Shown here: piece by piece, positions 25,016 to 38,668 of the stretch
Layout of the letters: each line of letters opens with the position of its first letter
Position numbering within the stretch: the first letter of the stretch is position 1
Assembly: GCF_030144855.1 (NCBI RefSeq)
Contig: NC_082710.1
Location: 153,202,001-153,266,000, forward strand
Direction of reading: 5' to 3'
DNA length: 64,000 nucleotides
Origin: Hypanus sabinus
Taxonomy: Eukaryota
Notes under the pieces: model-generated
Database searches by the model: none
The model's input: only the letters and a program-made list of their open reading frames with translations
What the model was told of the DNA's origin: nothing
Made by a program: the position numbers and the translations under genes

Positions 25016-26601
25016 CAGGGGTCAGCAACCTTTACCACTGAAAGAGCCACTTGGACCCGTTTCCCACAGAAAAGAAAACACTGGGAGCCGCAAAACCCGT
25101 TTGACATTTAAAATGAAATAACACTGCATACAACGTTTTTTTTGCCTTTATGCTATGTATAAACAAACTATAATGTGTTGCATTTATGAAATTGATGAAC
25201 TCCTGCAGAGAAAACGAAATTACATTTCTGCATGCAACAAAAACATTTTGAACTCCGAAAAAAAGACGTTGGGTTGAAAGTTACTTTTAAGTAAAATATT
25301 CAATGTCTATTTGAGTCCTTCTTGTATTTATGAAAAACGCCGAACTTAAATTTTCCGCCAGCAGCAAACCAAAAATAACGTCAGCCAGCTGTCATCCTGA
25401 AAAATGAAAGGACTATTTCACTGAACAATGAAAAAATATGAATATAAGTAAAATAATAGGCAATTAAAATATTTATCATACTTGGTTAATGGGATTTCTG
25501 CTCCTGGACCTCAGCGCACAGCGTCTGCACATCAGGGCTGTATGATGTCACCTTCATCTTTACACAGGATTGCAAGCTGTCATCTGTGAGGTTTTCAATA
25601 TCACTCCATTTGTGTTTCTGAGCAAGAACGGCCTTCTGACGGGCAACATCTTCAAGGTCTGCTGTCAAGCGTCTAAACTTGGACACCCATATGTCTTTGT
25701 CGGCTATGTCGGCCAGTTCCATCTCAAGATCAGGTTGACTCACACCTGCCAATGCAGTCGTATTCAGTAGGGAAGGATCGATGCTTAAGGGAGTGACCGG
25801 GAAGGATAATGTGTTTTTTTCCTCTCTGAACTCACAGAAGCGTTTCCCAAACGATGTTTGCATTGCGATGATTGCAGAATGTAAATACTCCGAAATTATC
25901 ATGTCGTGACCTTGTTTGAACTCTCTCAAATTGGGGAAGTGAGACAAAGTGCCTTTCTGTAAATCTCTGGCAAGCACTGTCAACTTGCGCTCGAATGCCA
26001 AAACATCCTCCAACATGTGCAGGGCTGTACGTCCTTTCCCCTGAAGAGCTGTGTTCAGCGTGTTCAGGTGCGCTGTCATGTCTACCATGAAGTGTAGCTT
26101 TTCCAGCCACTCTGGCTGTTCCAGCTCAGGAAAGGTGAGCCCTTTGCTGCCCAGGAAAGTTTTCACTTCTTCCAGACACGCGACAAAGCGTTTCAGCACC
26201 TTCCGTCTGGACAGCCAGCGATAAAAACACGTTGTAGCGGTGTCAGTAAACTGCAGTCAAAGATAGCTTTATTCGAACTAAACAGCCTTGCTTTTAAGCC
26301 TCCCTCAACCCAGCCCCCATGGACGCAGATGCTGCAAAAGACGCGTACTCACAAACCCCCGTAGGCTATCTCCCTTAGCCGGAATGCTGGCTAATTGTGA
26401 GCCGTTTCGGATGTGGCAGGAAATGTGTCGCTACACTTAGGTTGTACAAGATCAACATAATTACATTTCAAAAGCTAACAAACTAACATAAAATACATTT
26501 TAATTAAATACTGACCAATTATTTCCCAAAGCCACAGGGAGCCGCAGCACAGAGGTGAAAGAGCCACAAATGGCTCGGGAGCCGCAGGTTGCCGACCCCC
26601 G
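25016..26601 (-). mobile_element. hAT DNA transposon (Charlie/SPIN, GTF2IRD2-like group), internally deleted
   Basis: TIRs CAGGGGTCAGCAACCT and AGGTTGCCGACCCCCG; perfect 8 bp TSD GTTTGGGG; transposase C-terminal ORF preceded by RWLSR. Confidence 0.95.
25486..26199 (-). pseudogene. hAT transposase C-terminal fragment (237 codons, stop-free)
   Basis: RWLSRRKVLKRF...WLEKLHFMVDMTAHLNTLNTALQG...; the N-terminal and catalytic part is missing. Confidence 0.88.
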
Positions 26602-26706
26602 GTTTGGGGCCTTAAATGGTAGTTGGGGAGGAGGTGCAGGGATAGGTATAGCACTTGATCTGTTTCCAAAGGATGGAACAAAGTGCTTGGTCGTGGGATC
26701 GCAGAA

Positions 26707-29700
26707 CGATGTGCTTGGTGATGGTGGGGGGGTGGAATGATGAGCCTGGTGGTGGTGCGGTGTGGAATGATGTACTTGGTGATGGTGGGGGGGTGGAATG
26801 ATGAGTGGTAATGGTGGGGGGGTGGAATGATGAGCTTGTTGATGGTGGGGGGGGGGTGGAATGATGAGCTTGTTGATGGTGGGGGGGGGTGGAATGATGA
26901 GCTTGGTGGTAGTGGGGGGTGGAATGACGTACTTGGTGATGGTGGGGGGTGGAATGATGAGTGGTGATGGTGGAGGGGGTGGAATGATGAGCTTGTTGAT
27001 GGTGGGGGAGGGTGGAATGATGAGCCTGGTGGTGGGGGGGGGTGGAATGATGAGTTTGGTAGTGGTGGGGGGTGGAATAATGAGCTTGGTGGGGGGTGGA
27101 ATGATGAGTTTGGTGGTGGGGGGGTGGAATGATGAGTTTGGTGGTGGGGGGTGGAATGATGAGCTTGGTGGGGGGGTGGAATGATGAGCTTGGTGGGGGG
27201 GTGGAATGATGAGTTTGGTAGTGGTGGGGGGGATGGAATGATGAGTTTGGTGGGGGGGGTGGAATGATGAGCTTGGTGGGGGGGTGGAATGATGAGTTTG
27301 GTAGTGGGGGGGTGGAATGATGAGCTTGGTGGGGGGGTGGAATGATGAGTTTGGTAGTGGTGGGGGGGTGGAATGATGAGCTTGGTGGGGGGGTGGAATG
27401 ATGAGCTTGGTGGGGGGGATGGAATGATGAGTTTGGTGGTGGGGGGGTGGAATGATGAGCTTGGTGGGGGGTGGAATGATGAGTTTGGTAGTGGTGGGGG
27501 GGATGGAATGATGAGTTTGGTGGTGGGGGTGGAATGATGAGCTTGGTGGGGGGGTGGAATGATGAGTTTGGTAGTGGGGGGGTGGAATGATGAGCTTGGT
27601 GGGGGGGTGGAATGATGAGTTTGGTAGTGGTGGGGGGTGGAATGATGAGCTTGGTGGGGGGGTGGAATGATGAGCTTGGTGGGGGGGTGGAATGATGAGT
27701 TTGGTAGTGGTGGGGGGGATGGAATGATGAGTTTGGTGGTGGGGGTGGAATGATGAGCTTGGTGGGGGGGTGGAATGATGAGTTTGGTAGTGGGGGGGTG
27801 GAATGATGAGCTTGGTGGGGGGGATGGAATGATGAGTTTGGTGGTGGGGGGGTGGAATGATGAGCTTGGTGATGGTGGGGGGGTGGAATGATGAGTGGTA
27901 ATGGTGGGGGGGTGGAATGATGAGCTTGTTGATGGTGGGGGGGGGTGGAATGATGAGCTTGTTGATGGTGGGGGGGGGTGGAATGATGAGCTTGGTGGTA
28001 GTGGGGGGTGGAATGACGTACTTGGTGATGGTGGGGGGTGGAATGATGAGTGGTGATGGTGGAGGGGGTGGAATGATGAGCTTGTTGATGGTGGGGGAGG
28101 GTGGAATGATGAGCCTGGTGGTGGGGGGGGGGTGGAATGATGAGTTTGGTAGTGGTGGGGGGTGGAATAATGAGCTTGGTGGGGGGTGGAATGATGAGTT
28201 TGGTGGTGGGGGGGTGGAATGATGAGTTTGGTGGTGGGGGGTGGAATGATGAGCTTGGTGGGGGGGTGGAATGATGAGCTTGGTGGGGGGGTGGAATGAT
28301 GAGTTTGGTAGTGGTGGGGGGGATGGAATGATGAGTTTGGTGGGGGGGAGGTGGAATGATGAGCTTGGTGGGGGGGTGGAATGATGAGTTTGGTAGTGGG
28401 GGGGTGGAATGATGAGCTTGGTGGGGGGGTGGAATGATGAGTTTGGTAGTGGTGGGGGGGTGGAATGATGAGCTTGGTGGGGGGGTGGAATGATGAGCTT
28501 GGTGGGGGGGATGGAATGATGAGTTTGGTGGTGGGGGGGTGGAATGATGAGCTTGGTGGGGGGTGGAATGATGAGTTTGGTAGTGGTGGGGGGGATGGAA
28601 TGATGAGTTTGGTGGTGGGGGTGGAATGATGAGCTTGGTGGGGGGGTGGAATGATGAGTTTGGTAGTGGGGGGGTGGAATGATGAGCTTGGTGGGGGGGT
28701 GGAATGATGAGTTTGGTAGTGGTGGGGGGTGGAATGATGAGCTTGGTGGGGGGGTGGAATGATGAGCTTGGTGGGGGGGTGGAATGATGAGTTTGGTAGT
28801 GGTGGGGGGGATGGAATGATGAGTTTGGTGGTGGGGGTGGAATGATGAGCTTGGTGGGGGGGTGGAATGATGAGTTTGGTAGTGGGGGGGTGGAATGATG
28901 AGCTTGGTGGGGGGGATGGAATGATGAGTTTGGTGGTGGGGGGGTGGAATGATGAGCTTGGTGGGGGGTGGAATGATGAGTTTGGTAGTGGTGGGGGGGG
29001 TGGAATGATGAGCTTGGTGGGGGGGATGGAATGATGAGTTTGGTGGTGGGGGGGTGGAATGATGAGCTTGGTGGGGGGGATGGAATGATGAGTTTGGTAG
29101 TGGTGGGGGGGTGGTATGATGAGCTTGGTGGGGGGGTGGAATGATGAGTTTGGTAGTGGTGGGGGGGATGGAGTGATGAGTTTGGTGGTGGGGGTGGAAT
29201 GATGAGCTTGGTTGGGGGGGTGGAATGATGTTTGGTAGTGGGGGGTGGAATGATGAGCTTGGTGGGGGGGTGGAATGATGAGTTTGGTAGTGGGGGGGTG
29301 GAATGATGAGCTTGGTGGGGGGGGGTGGAATGATGAGTTTGGTAGTGGTGGGGGGTGGAATGATGAGCTTGGTGGGGGGGTGGAATGATGAGCTTGGTGG
29401 GGGGGTGGAATGATGAGTTTGGTAGTGGTGGGGGGGATGGAATGATGAGTTTGGTGGTGGGGGTGGAATGATGAGCTTGGTGGGGGGGTGGAATGATGAG
29501 TTTGGTAGTGGGGGGGTGGAATGATGAGCTTGGTGGGGGGTATGGAATGATGAGTTTGGTGGTGGGGGGTGGAATGATGAGCTTGGTGGGGGGTGGAATG
29601 ATGAGTTTGGTAGTGGTGGGGGGTGGAATGATGAGCTTGGTGGGGGGGATGGAATGATGAGTTTGGTGGTGGGGGGGTGGAATGATGAGCTTGGTGGGGG

Positions 29701-32700
29701 GGATGGAATGATGAGTTTGGTAGTGGTGGGGGGGTGGTATGATGAGCTTGGTGGGGGGGTGGAATGATGAGTTTGGTAGTGGTGGGGGGGATGGAGTGAT
29801 GAGTTTGGTGGTGGGGGTGGAATGATGAGCTTGGTGGGGGGGTGGAATGATGAGTTTGGTAGTGGGGGGGTGGAATGATGAGCTTGGTGGGGGGGTGGAA
29901 TGATGAGTTTGGTAGTGGTGGGGGGGGGTGGAATGATGAGCTTGGTGGGGGGTGGAATAATGAGCTTGGTGGGGGGTGGAATGATGAGTTTGGTGGTGGG
30001 GGGGTGGAATGATGAGTTTGGTGGTGGGGGGTGGAATGATGAGCTTGGTGGGGGGGTGGAATGATGAGCTTGGTGGGGGGGTGGAATGATGAGTTTGGTA
30101 GTGGTGGGGGGGATGGAATGATGAGTTTGGTGGGGGGGGTGGAATGATGAGCTTGGTGGGGGGGTGGAATGATGAGTTTGGTAGTGGGGGGGTGGAATGA
30201 TGAGCTTGGTGGGGGGGTGGAATGATGAGTTTGGTAGTGGTGGGGGGGTGGAATGATGAGCTTGGTGGGGGGGTGGAATGATGAGCTTGGTGGGGGGGAT
30301 GGAATGATGAGTTTGGTGGTGGGGGGGTGGAATGATGAGCTTGGTGGGGGGTGGAATGATGAGTTTGGTAGTGGTGGGGGGGATGGAATGATGAGTTTGG
30401 TGGTGGGGGTGGAATGATGAGCTTGGTGGGGGGGTGGAATGATGAGTTTGGTAGTGGGGGGGTGGAATGATGAGCTTGGTGGGGGGGTGGAATGATGAGT
30501 TTGGTAGTGGTGGGGGGTGGAATGATGAGCTTGGTGGGGGGGTGGAATGATGAGCTTGGTGGGGGGGTGGAATGATGAGTTTGGTAGTGGTGGGGGGGAT
30601 GGAATGATGAGTTTGGTGGTGGGGGTGGAATGATGAGCTTGGTGGGGGGGTGGAATGATGAGTTTGGTAGTGGGGGGGTGGAATGATGAGCTTGGTGGGG
30701 GGGATGGAATGATGAGTTTGGTGGTGGGGGGGTGGAATGATGAGCTTGGTGATGGTGGGGGGGTGGAATGATGAGTGGTAATGGTGGGGGGGTGGAATGA
30801 TGAGCTTGTTGATGGTGGGGGGGGGGTGGAATGATGAGCTTGTTGATGGTGGGGGGGGTGGAATGATGAGCTTGGTGGTAGTGGGGGGTGGAATGACGTA
30901 CTTGGTGATGGTGGGGGGTGGAATGATGAGTGGTGATGGTGGAGGGGGTGGAATGATGAGCTTGTTGATGGTGGGGGAGGGTGGAATGATGAGCCTGGTG
31001 GTGGGGGGGGGTGGAATGATGAGTTTGGTAGTGGTGGGGGGTGGAATAATGAGCTTGGTGGGGGGTGGAATGATGAGTTTGGTGGTGGGGGGGTGGAATG
31101 ATGAGTTTGGTGGTGGGGGGTGGAATGATGAGCTTGGTGGGGGGGTGGAATGATGAGCTTGGTGGGGGGGTGGAATGATGAGTTTGGTAGTGGTGGGGGG
31201 GATGGAATGATGAGTTTGGTGGGGGGGAGGTGGAATGATGAGCTTGGTGGGGGGGTGGAATGATGAGTTTGGTAGTGGGGGGGTGGAATGATGAGCTTGG
31301 TGGGGGGGTGGAATGATGAGTTTGGTAGTGGTGGGGGGGTGGAATGATGAGCTTGGTGGGGGGGTGGAATGATGAGCTTGGTGGGGGGGATGGAATGATG
31401 AGTTTGGTGGTGGGGGGGTGGAATGATGAGCTTGGTGGGGGGTGGAATGATGAGTTTGGTAGTGGTGGGGGGGATGGAATGATGAGTTTGGTGGTGGGGG
31501 TGGAATGATGAGCTTGGTGGGGGGGTGGAATGATGAGTTTGGTAGTGGGGGGGTGGAATGATGAGCTTGGTGGGGGGGTGGAATGATGAGTTTGGTAGTG
31601 GTGGGGGGTGGAATGATGAGCTTGGTGGGGGGGTGGAATGATGAGCTTGGTGGGGGGGTGGAATGATGAGTTTGGTAGTGGTGGGGGGGATGGAATGATG
31701 AGTTTGGTGGTGGGGGTGGAATGATGAGCTTGGTGGGGGGGTGGAATGATGAGTTTGGTAGTGGGGGGGTGGAATGATGAGCTTGGTGGGGGGGATGGAA
31801 TGATGAGTTTGGTGGTGGGGGGGTGGAATGATGAGCTTGGTGGGGGGTGGAATGATGAGTTTGGTAGTGGTGGGGGGGGTGGAATGATGAGCTTGGTGGG
31901 GGGGATGGAATGATGAGTTTGGTGGTGGGGGGGTGGAATGATGAGCTTGGTGGGGGGGATGGAATGATGAGTTTGGTAGTGGTGGGGGGGTGGTATGATG
32001 AGCTTGGTGGGGGGGTGGAATGATGAGTTTGGTAGTGGTGGGGGGGATGGAGTGATGAGTTTGGTGGTGGGGGTGGAATGATGAGCTTGGTTGGGGGGGT
32101 GGAATGATGTTTGGTAGTGGGGGGTGGAATGATGAGCTTGGTGGGGGGGTGGAATGATGAGTTTGGTAGTGGGGGGGTGGAATGATGAGCTTGGTGGGGG
32201 GGGGTGGAATGATGAGTTTGGTAGTGGTGGGGGGTGGAATGATGAGCTTGGTGGGGGGGTGGAATGATGAGCTTGGTGGGGGGGTGGAATGATGAGTTTG
32301 GTAGTGGTGGGGGGGATGGAATGATGAGTTTGGTGGTGGGGGTGGAATGATGAGCTTGGTGGGGGGGTGGAATGATGAGTTTGGTAGTGGGGGGGTGGAA
32401 TGATGAGCTTGGTGGGGGGTATGGAATGATGAGTTTGGTGGTGGGGGGTGGAATGATGAGCTTGGTGGGGGGTGGAATGATGAGTTTGGTAGTGGTGGGG
32501 GGTGGAATGATGAGCTTGGTGGGGGGGATGGAATGATGAGTTTGGTGGTGGGGGGGTGGAATGATGAGCTTGGTGGGGGGGATGGAATGATGAGTTTGGT
32601 AGTGGTGGGGGGGTGGTATGATGAGCTTGGTGGGGGGGTGGAATGATGAGTTTGGTAGTGGTGGGGGGGATGGAGTGATGAGTTTGGTGGTGGGGGTGGA

Positions 32701-35700
32701 ATGATGAGCTTGGTGGGGGGGTGGAATGATGAGTTTGGTAGTGGGGGGGTGGAATGATGAGCTTGGTGGGGGGGTGGAATGATGAGTTTGGTAGTGGTGG
32801 GGGGGGGTGGAATGATGAGCTTGATGGGGGGTGGAATAATGAGTTTGGTGGGGGGGTGGAATGATGAGAATGGTAGTGGTGGGGGTGGAATGATCTTGGT
32901 AGTGGTGGGGGGGGGATGGAATGATGAGTTTGGTAGTGGTGGGGGGTGGAATGATGAGCTTGGTGGGGGGGTGGAATGATGAGTTTGGTAGTGGTGGGGG
33001 GGATGGAATGATGAGTTTGGTGGTGGGGTTGGAATGATGAGCTTGGTGGGGGGGGTGGAATGATGAGTTTGGTAGTGGGGGGGGTGGAATGATGAGCTTG
33101 GAGAGGGGTGGAATGATGAGTTTGGTAGTGGTGGGGGGGTGGAATGATGAGCTTGGTGGGGGGGTGGAATGATGAGTTTGGTAGTGGTGGGGGGGATGGA
33201 ATGATGAGTTTGGAGGAGGGGTGGAATGATGAGTTTGGTAGTGGTGGGGGGGTGGAATGATGAGCTTGGTGGGGGGGGTGGAATGATGAGTTTGGTAGTG
33301 GTGGGGGGTGGAATGATGAGCTTGGTGGGGGGGTGGAATGATGAGCTTGGTGGGGGGGATGGAATGATGAGTTTGGTGGTGGGGGGGTGGAATGATGAGC
33401 TTGGTGGGGGGTGGAATGATGAGTTTGGTAGTGGTGGGGGGGATGGAATGATGAGTTTGGTGGTGGGGTTGGAATGATGAGCTTGGTGGGGGGGTGGAAT
33501 GATGAGTTTGGTAGTGGGGGGGTGGAATGATGAGCTTGGAGGGGGGTGGAATGATGAGTTTGGTAGTGGTGGGGGGGTGGAATGATGAGCTTGGTGGGGG
33601 GGTGGAATGATGAGTTTGGTAGTGGTGGGGGGTGGAATGATGAGCTTGGTGGGGGGGTGGAATGATGAGCTTGGTGGGGGGGATGGAATGATGAGTTTGG
33701 TGGTGGTGGGGTGGAATGATGAGCTTGGTGGGGGGGTGGAATGATGAGTTTGGTAGTGGTGGGGGGTGGAATGATGAGCTTGGTGGGGGGGGTGGAATGA
33801 TGAGTTTGGTAGTGGTGGGGGGTGGAATGATGAGCTTGGTGGGGGGTGGAATGATGAGTTTGGTAGTGGTGGGGGGGATGGAATGATGTGTTTGGAGGGG
33901 GGGTTGAATGATGAGTTTGGTAGTGGTGGGGGGGTGGAATGATGAGCTTGGTGGGGGGGTGGAATGATGAGTTTGGTAGTGGTGGGGGGGTGGAATGATG
34001 AGCTTGATGGGGGGGTGGAATGATGAGCTTGGTGGGGGGGATGGAATGATGAGTTTGGTGGTGGGGGGGTGGAATGATGAGCTTGGTGGGGGGGTGGAAT
34101 GATGAGTTTGGTAGTGGTGGGGGGTGGAATGATGAGCTTGGTGGGGGGGGTGGAATGATGAGTTTGGTAGTGGTGGGGGGTGGAATGATGAGCTTAGTGG
34201 GGGTGGAATGATGAGTTTGGTAGTGGTGGGGGGGATGGAATGATGAGTTTGGTGGTGGGGTTGGAATGATGAGCTTGGTGGGGGGGGTGGAATGATGAGT
34301 TTGGTAGTGGGGGGGGTGGAATGATGAGCTTGGAGGGGGGTGGAATGATGAGTTTGGTAGTGGTGGGGGGGTGGAATGATGAGCTTGGTGGGGGGGTGGA
34401 ATGATGAGTTTGGTAGTGGTGGGGGGGATGGAATGATGAGTTTGGAGGAGGGGTGGAATGATGAGTTTGGTAGTGGTGGGGGGTGGAATGATGAGCTTAG
34501 TGGGGGTGGAATGATGAGTTTGGTAGTGGTGGGGGGGATGGAATGATGAGTTTGGAGGGGGGTGGAATGATGAGTTTGGTAGTGGTGGGGGGGTGGAATG
34601 ATGAGCTTGGTGGGGGGGTGGAATGATGAGTTTGGTAGTGGTGGGGGGGTGGAATGATGAGCTTGGTGGGGGGGTGGAATGATGAGCTTGGTGGGGGGGA
34701 TGGAATGATGAGTTTGGTGGTGGGGGGGTGGAATGATGAGCTTGGTGGGGGGTGGAATGATGAGTTTGGTAGTGGTGGGGGGGTGGAATGATGAGCTTGG
34801 TGGGGGGGTGGAATGATGAGTTTGGTAGTGGTGGGGGGGTGGAATGATGAGCTTGGTGGGGGGGTGGAATGATGAGTTTGGTAGTGGTGGGGGGGATGGA
34901 ATGATGAGTTTGGTGGTGGGGTTGGAATGATGAGCTTGGTGGGGGGGGTGGAATGATGAGTTTGGTAGTGGGGGGGGTGGAATGATGAGCTTGGAGGGGG
35001 GTGGAATGATGAGTTTGGTAGTGGTGGGGGGGTGGAATGATGAGCTTGGTGGGGGGGTGGAATGATGAGTTTGGTAGTGCTGGGGGGGTGGAATGATGAG
35101 CTTAGTGGGGGTGGAATGATGAGTTTGGTAGTGGTGGGGGGGATGGAATGATGAGTTTGGAGGGGGGTGGAATGATGAGTTTGGTAGTGGTGGGGGGGTG
35201 GAATGATGAGCTTGGTGGGGGGGTGGAATGATGAGTTTGGTAGTGGTGGGGGGGTGGAATGATGAGCTTGGTGGGGGGGTGGAATGATGAGCTTGGTGGG
35301 GGGGATGGAATGATGAGTTTGGTGGTGGGGGGGTGGAATGATGAGCTTGGTGGGGGGTGGAATGATGAGTTTGGTAGTGGTGGGGGGGTGGAATGATGAG
35401 CTTGGTGGGGGGGTGGAATGATGAGTTTGGTAGTGGTGGGGGGGTGGAATGATGAGCTTGGTGGGGGGGGTGGAATGATGAGCTTGGTGGGGGGGATGGA
35501 ATGATGAGTTTGGTGGTGGGGGGGTGGAATGATGAGCTTGGTGGGGGGTGGAATGATGAGTTTGGTAGTGGTGGGGGGGATGGAATGATGAGTTTGGTGG
35601 TGGGGTTGGAATGATGAGCTTGGTGGGGGGGGTGGAATGATGAGTTTGGTAGTGGGGGGGTGGAATGATGAGCTTGGAGGGGGGTGGAATGATGAGTTTG

Positions 35701-38668
35701 GTAGTGGTGGGGGGGTGGAATGATGAGCTTGGTGGGGGGGTGGAATGATGAGTTTGGTAGTGGTGGGGGGTGGAATGATGAGCTTAGTGGGGGTGGAATG
35801 ATGAGTTTGGTAGTGGTGGGGGGGGTGGAATGATGAGTTTGGTAGTGGTGGGGGGGATGGAATGATGAGTTTGGTGGTGGGGTTGGAATGATGAGCTTGG
35901 TGGGGGGGGTGGAATGATGAGTTTGGTAGTGGGGGGGGTGGAATGATGAGCTTGGAGGGGGGTGGAATGATGAGTTTGGTAGTGGTGGGGGGGTGGAATG
36001 ATGAGCTTGGTGGGGGGGTGGAATGATGAGTTTGGTAGTGGTGGGGGGGATGGAATGATGAGTTTGGAGGAGGGGTGGAATGATGAGTTTGGTAGTGGTG
36101 GGGGGTGGAATGATGAGCTTAGTGGGGGTGGAATGATGAGTTTGGTAGTGGTGGGGGGGATGGAATGATGAGTTTGGAGGGGGGTGGAATGATGAGTTTG
36201 GTAGTGGTGGGGGGTGGAATGATGAGCTTGGTGGGGGGGTGGAATGATGAGTTTGGTAGTGGTGGGGGGGTGGAATGATGAGCTTGGTGGGGGGGTGGAA
36301 TGATGAGCTTGGTGGGGGGGATGGAATGATGAGTTTGGTGGTGGGGGGGTGGAATGATGAGCTTGGTGGGGGGTGGAATGATGAGTTTGGTAGTGGTGGG
36401 GGGGTGGAATGATGAGCTTGGTGGGGGGGTGGAATGATGAGTTTGGTAGTGGTGGGGGGGTGGAATGATGAGCTTGGTGGGGGGGTGGAATGATGAGCTT
36501 GGTGGGGGGGATGGAATGATGAGTTTGGTGGTGGGGGGGTGGAATGATGAGCTTGGTGGGGGGTGGAATGATGAGTTTGGTAGTGGTGGGGGGGTGGAAT
36601 GATGAGCTTGGTGGGGGGGGTTTAATGATGAGTTTGGTAGTGGTGGGGGTGGAATGATGAGCTTGGTGGGGGGGGTGGAATGATGAGTTTGGTGATGGTG
36701 GGGGGTGGAATGATGAGCCTGGTGGTGGTGGGGGGGTGGAATGATGAGTTTGGTGGTGGGGGGGTGGAATGATGAGGGTGGGGGGGTGGAATGATGAGTT
36801 TGGTAGTGGTGGGGGGTGGAATGATGAGCTTGGTGGGGGGGGAAATGATGAGTTTGGTGATGGTGGGGGGTGGAATGACGTATTTTGTGATGGGGGGGCG
36901 GAATGACTTACTTGGTGATGGGGGGTGTAATGATGAGCTTGGTAGTGGTGGGGGGTGGAATGATGAGTTTGGTGGTGGTGGGGGGTGGAATGATGAGTTT
37001 GGTGGTGGTGGGGGGGTGGAATGATGAGTTTGGTGGTGGGGGGGTGGAATGATGAGCCTGGTGGTGGGGGGGTGGAATGATGTTTGGTGGTGGGGGGGGG
37101 GGGTGGAATGATGAGTTTGGTGGTGGGGGTGGAATGATGAGTTTGGTAGTGGGGGGGGTGGAATGATGAGCTTGGTGGGGGGCTGGAATGATGAGCCTGG
37201 TGGGGGGGATGGAATGATGAGTTTGGTGGTGGGGGGGGTGGAATGATGAGCTTGGTGGCGGGGTGGAATGATGAGTTTGGTGGGGGTGGAATGATGAGTT
37301 TGGTGGTGGGGGTTGGAATGATGAGCTTGGTGGGGGGGGTGGAATGATGAGCTTGGTGGGGGGGATGGAATGATGAGTTTGGTGGTGGGGGTGGAATGAT
37401 GAGCTTGGTGGGGGGGTGAAATGATGAGTTTGGTAGTGGTGGGGGGTGCAATGATGAGCTTGGTGGGGGGGTGGAATGATGAGTTTGGTAGTGGTGGGGG
37501 GTGGAATGATGAGCTTGGTGGGGGGGGTGGAATGATGAGTTTGGTGATGGTGGGGGGTGGAATGACGTACTTGGTGATGGGGGGTGGAATGATGAGCCTG
37601 GTGGTGGTGGGGGGGGGGGGTTGGAATGATGAGCCTGGTGGTGGTGGGTGGGGTGGAATGATGAGTTTGGTGGTGGGGGGGTGGAATGACGTACTTGGTG
37701 ATGGGGGGTGGAATGATGAGTTTGGTGGTGGTGGGGGGTGTGGAATGATGAGCCTGGTGGTGGTGGGGGGGTGGAATGATGAGTTTGGTGGTGGGGGGGG
37801 TGGAATGATGAGTTTGGTCGTGTGGGGTGTGGAATGATGAGCCTGGTGGTGGTGGGGGGGTGGAATGATGAGTTTGGTGGTGGGGGGGTGGAATGATGTT
37901 TGGTGGTGGTGGGGGGTGGAATGATGAGTTTGGTGGTGGTGGGGGGGTGGAATGATGAATTTGGTGGTGGGGGGGGTGGAATGATGAGCCTGGTGGTGGT
38001 GGGGGGGGGGGTGGAATGATGAGCCTTGTGGTGGTGGGGGGGTGGAATGATGAGCCTGGTGGTGGTGGGGGGGTAGAATGATGTACTTGGTGATGGTGGG
38101 GGTGTGGAATGATGAGTGGTGGTGGTGGGGGGGGTAGAATGATGTGCTTGGTGATGGTGGGGGTGTGGAATGAGCTTGGTGGTGTTGGGGGTGGAATGAT
38201 GTACTTGGTGATGGTGGGGGGTGGAATGATGAGTGGTGATGGTGGGGGGGTAGAATGATGTGCTTGGTGGGGGTGTGGAATGATGAGTGGTGATGGTGGG
38301 GGGGTAGAATGAGCTTGGTGGTGTTGGGGGTGGAATGATGAGTGGTGATGGTGGGGGGGGGTAGAATGATGAGCTTGTTGATGGTGGGGGGGGTAGAATG
38401 ATGAGCTTGGTCATGGTGGGGGGGTGGAATGATTGGTGATGGTGGGGGGGTGGAATGATGAGTGGTGATGGTGGGGGGGTAGAATGATGTGCTTGGTGGG
38501 GGTGTGGAATGATGAGTGGTGATGGTGGGGGGGTAGAATGAGCTTGGTGTTGTTGGGGGTGGAATGATGTACTCGCTGATGGTGGTGGTGAAATGATGAG
38601 CCTAGTGGTGGGCGGTGGAATGATGTTTTTGGTGGTGGGGGGTGGAATGAAGTGCTTGGTGGTGGGGT
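26707..38668. repeat. ~12 kb G-rich minisatellite, unit ~25-31 bp: GGAATGATGAG(C/T)TTGGT(AGT)(GGT)G5-9T
   Basis: Continuous tandem array; diverged units at both ends, homogeneous core; rare-variant markers show higher-order repeats of about 623, 1090 and 2880 bp. Confidence 0.99.

Noticed and set aside
26707-38668. CRISPR-like or telomeric array
   Set aside because: There are no unique spacers between repeats and no TTAGGG units, and the context is vertebrate.
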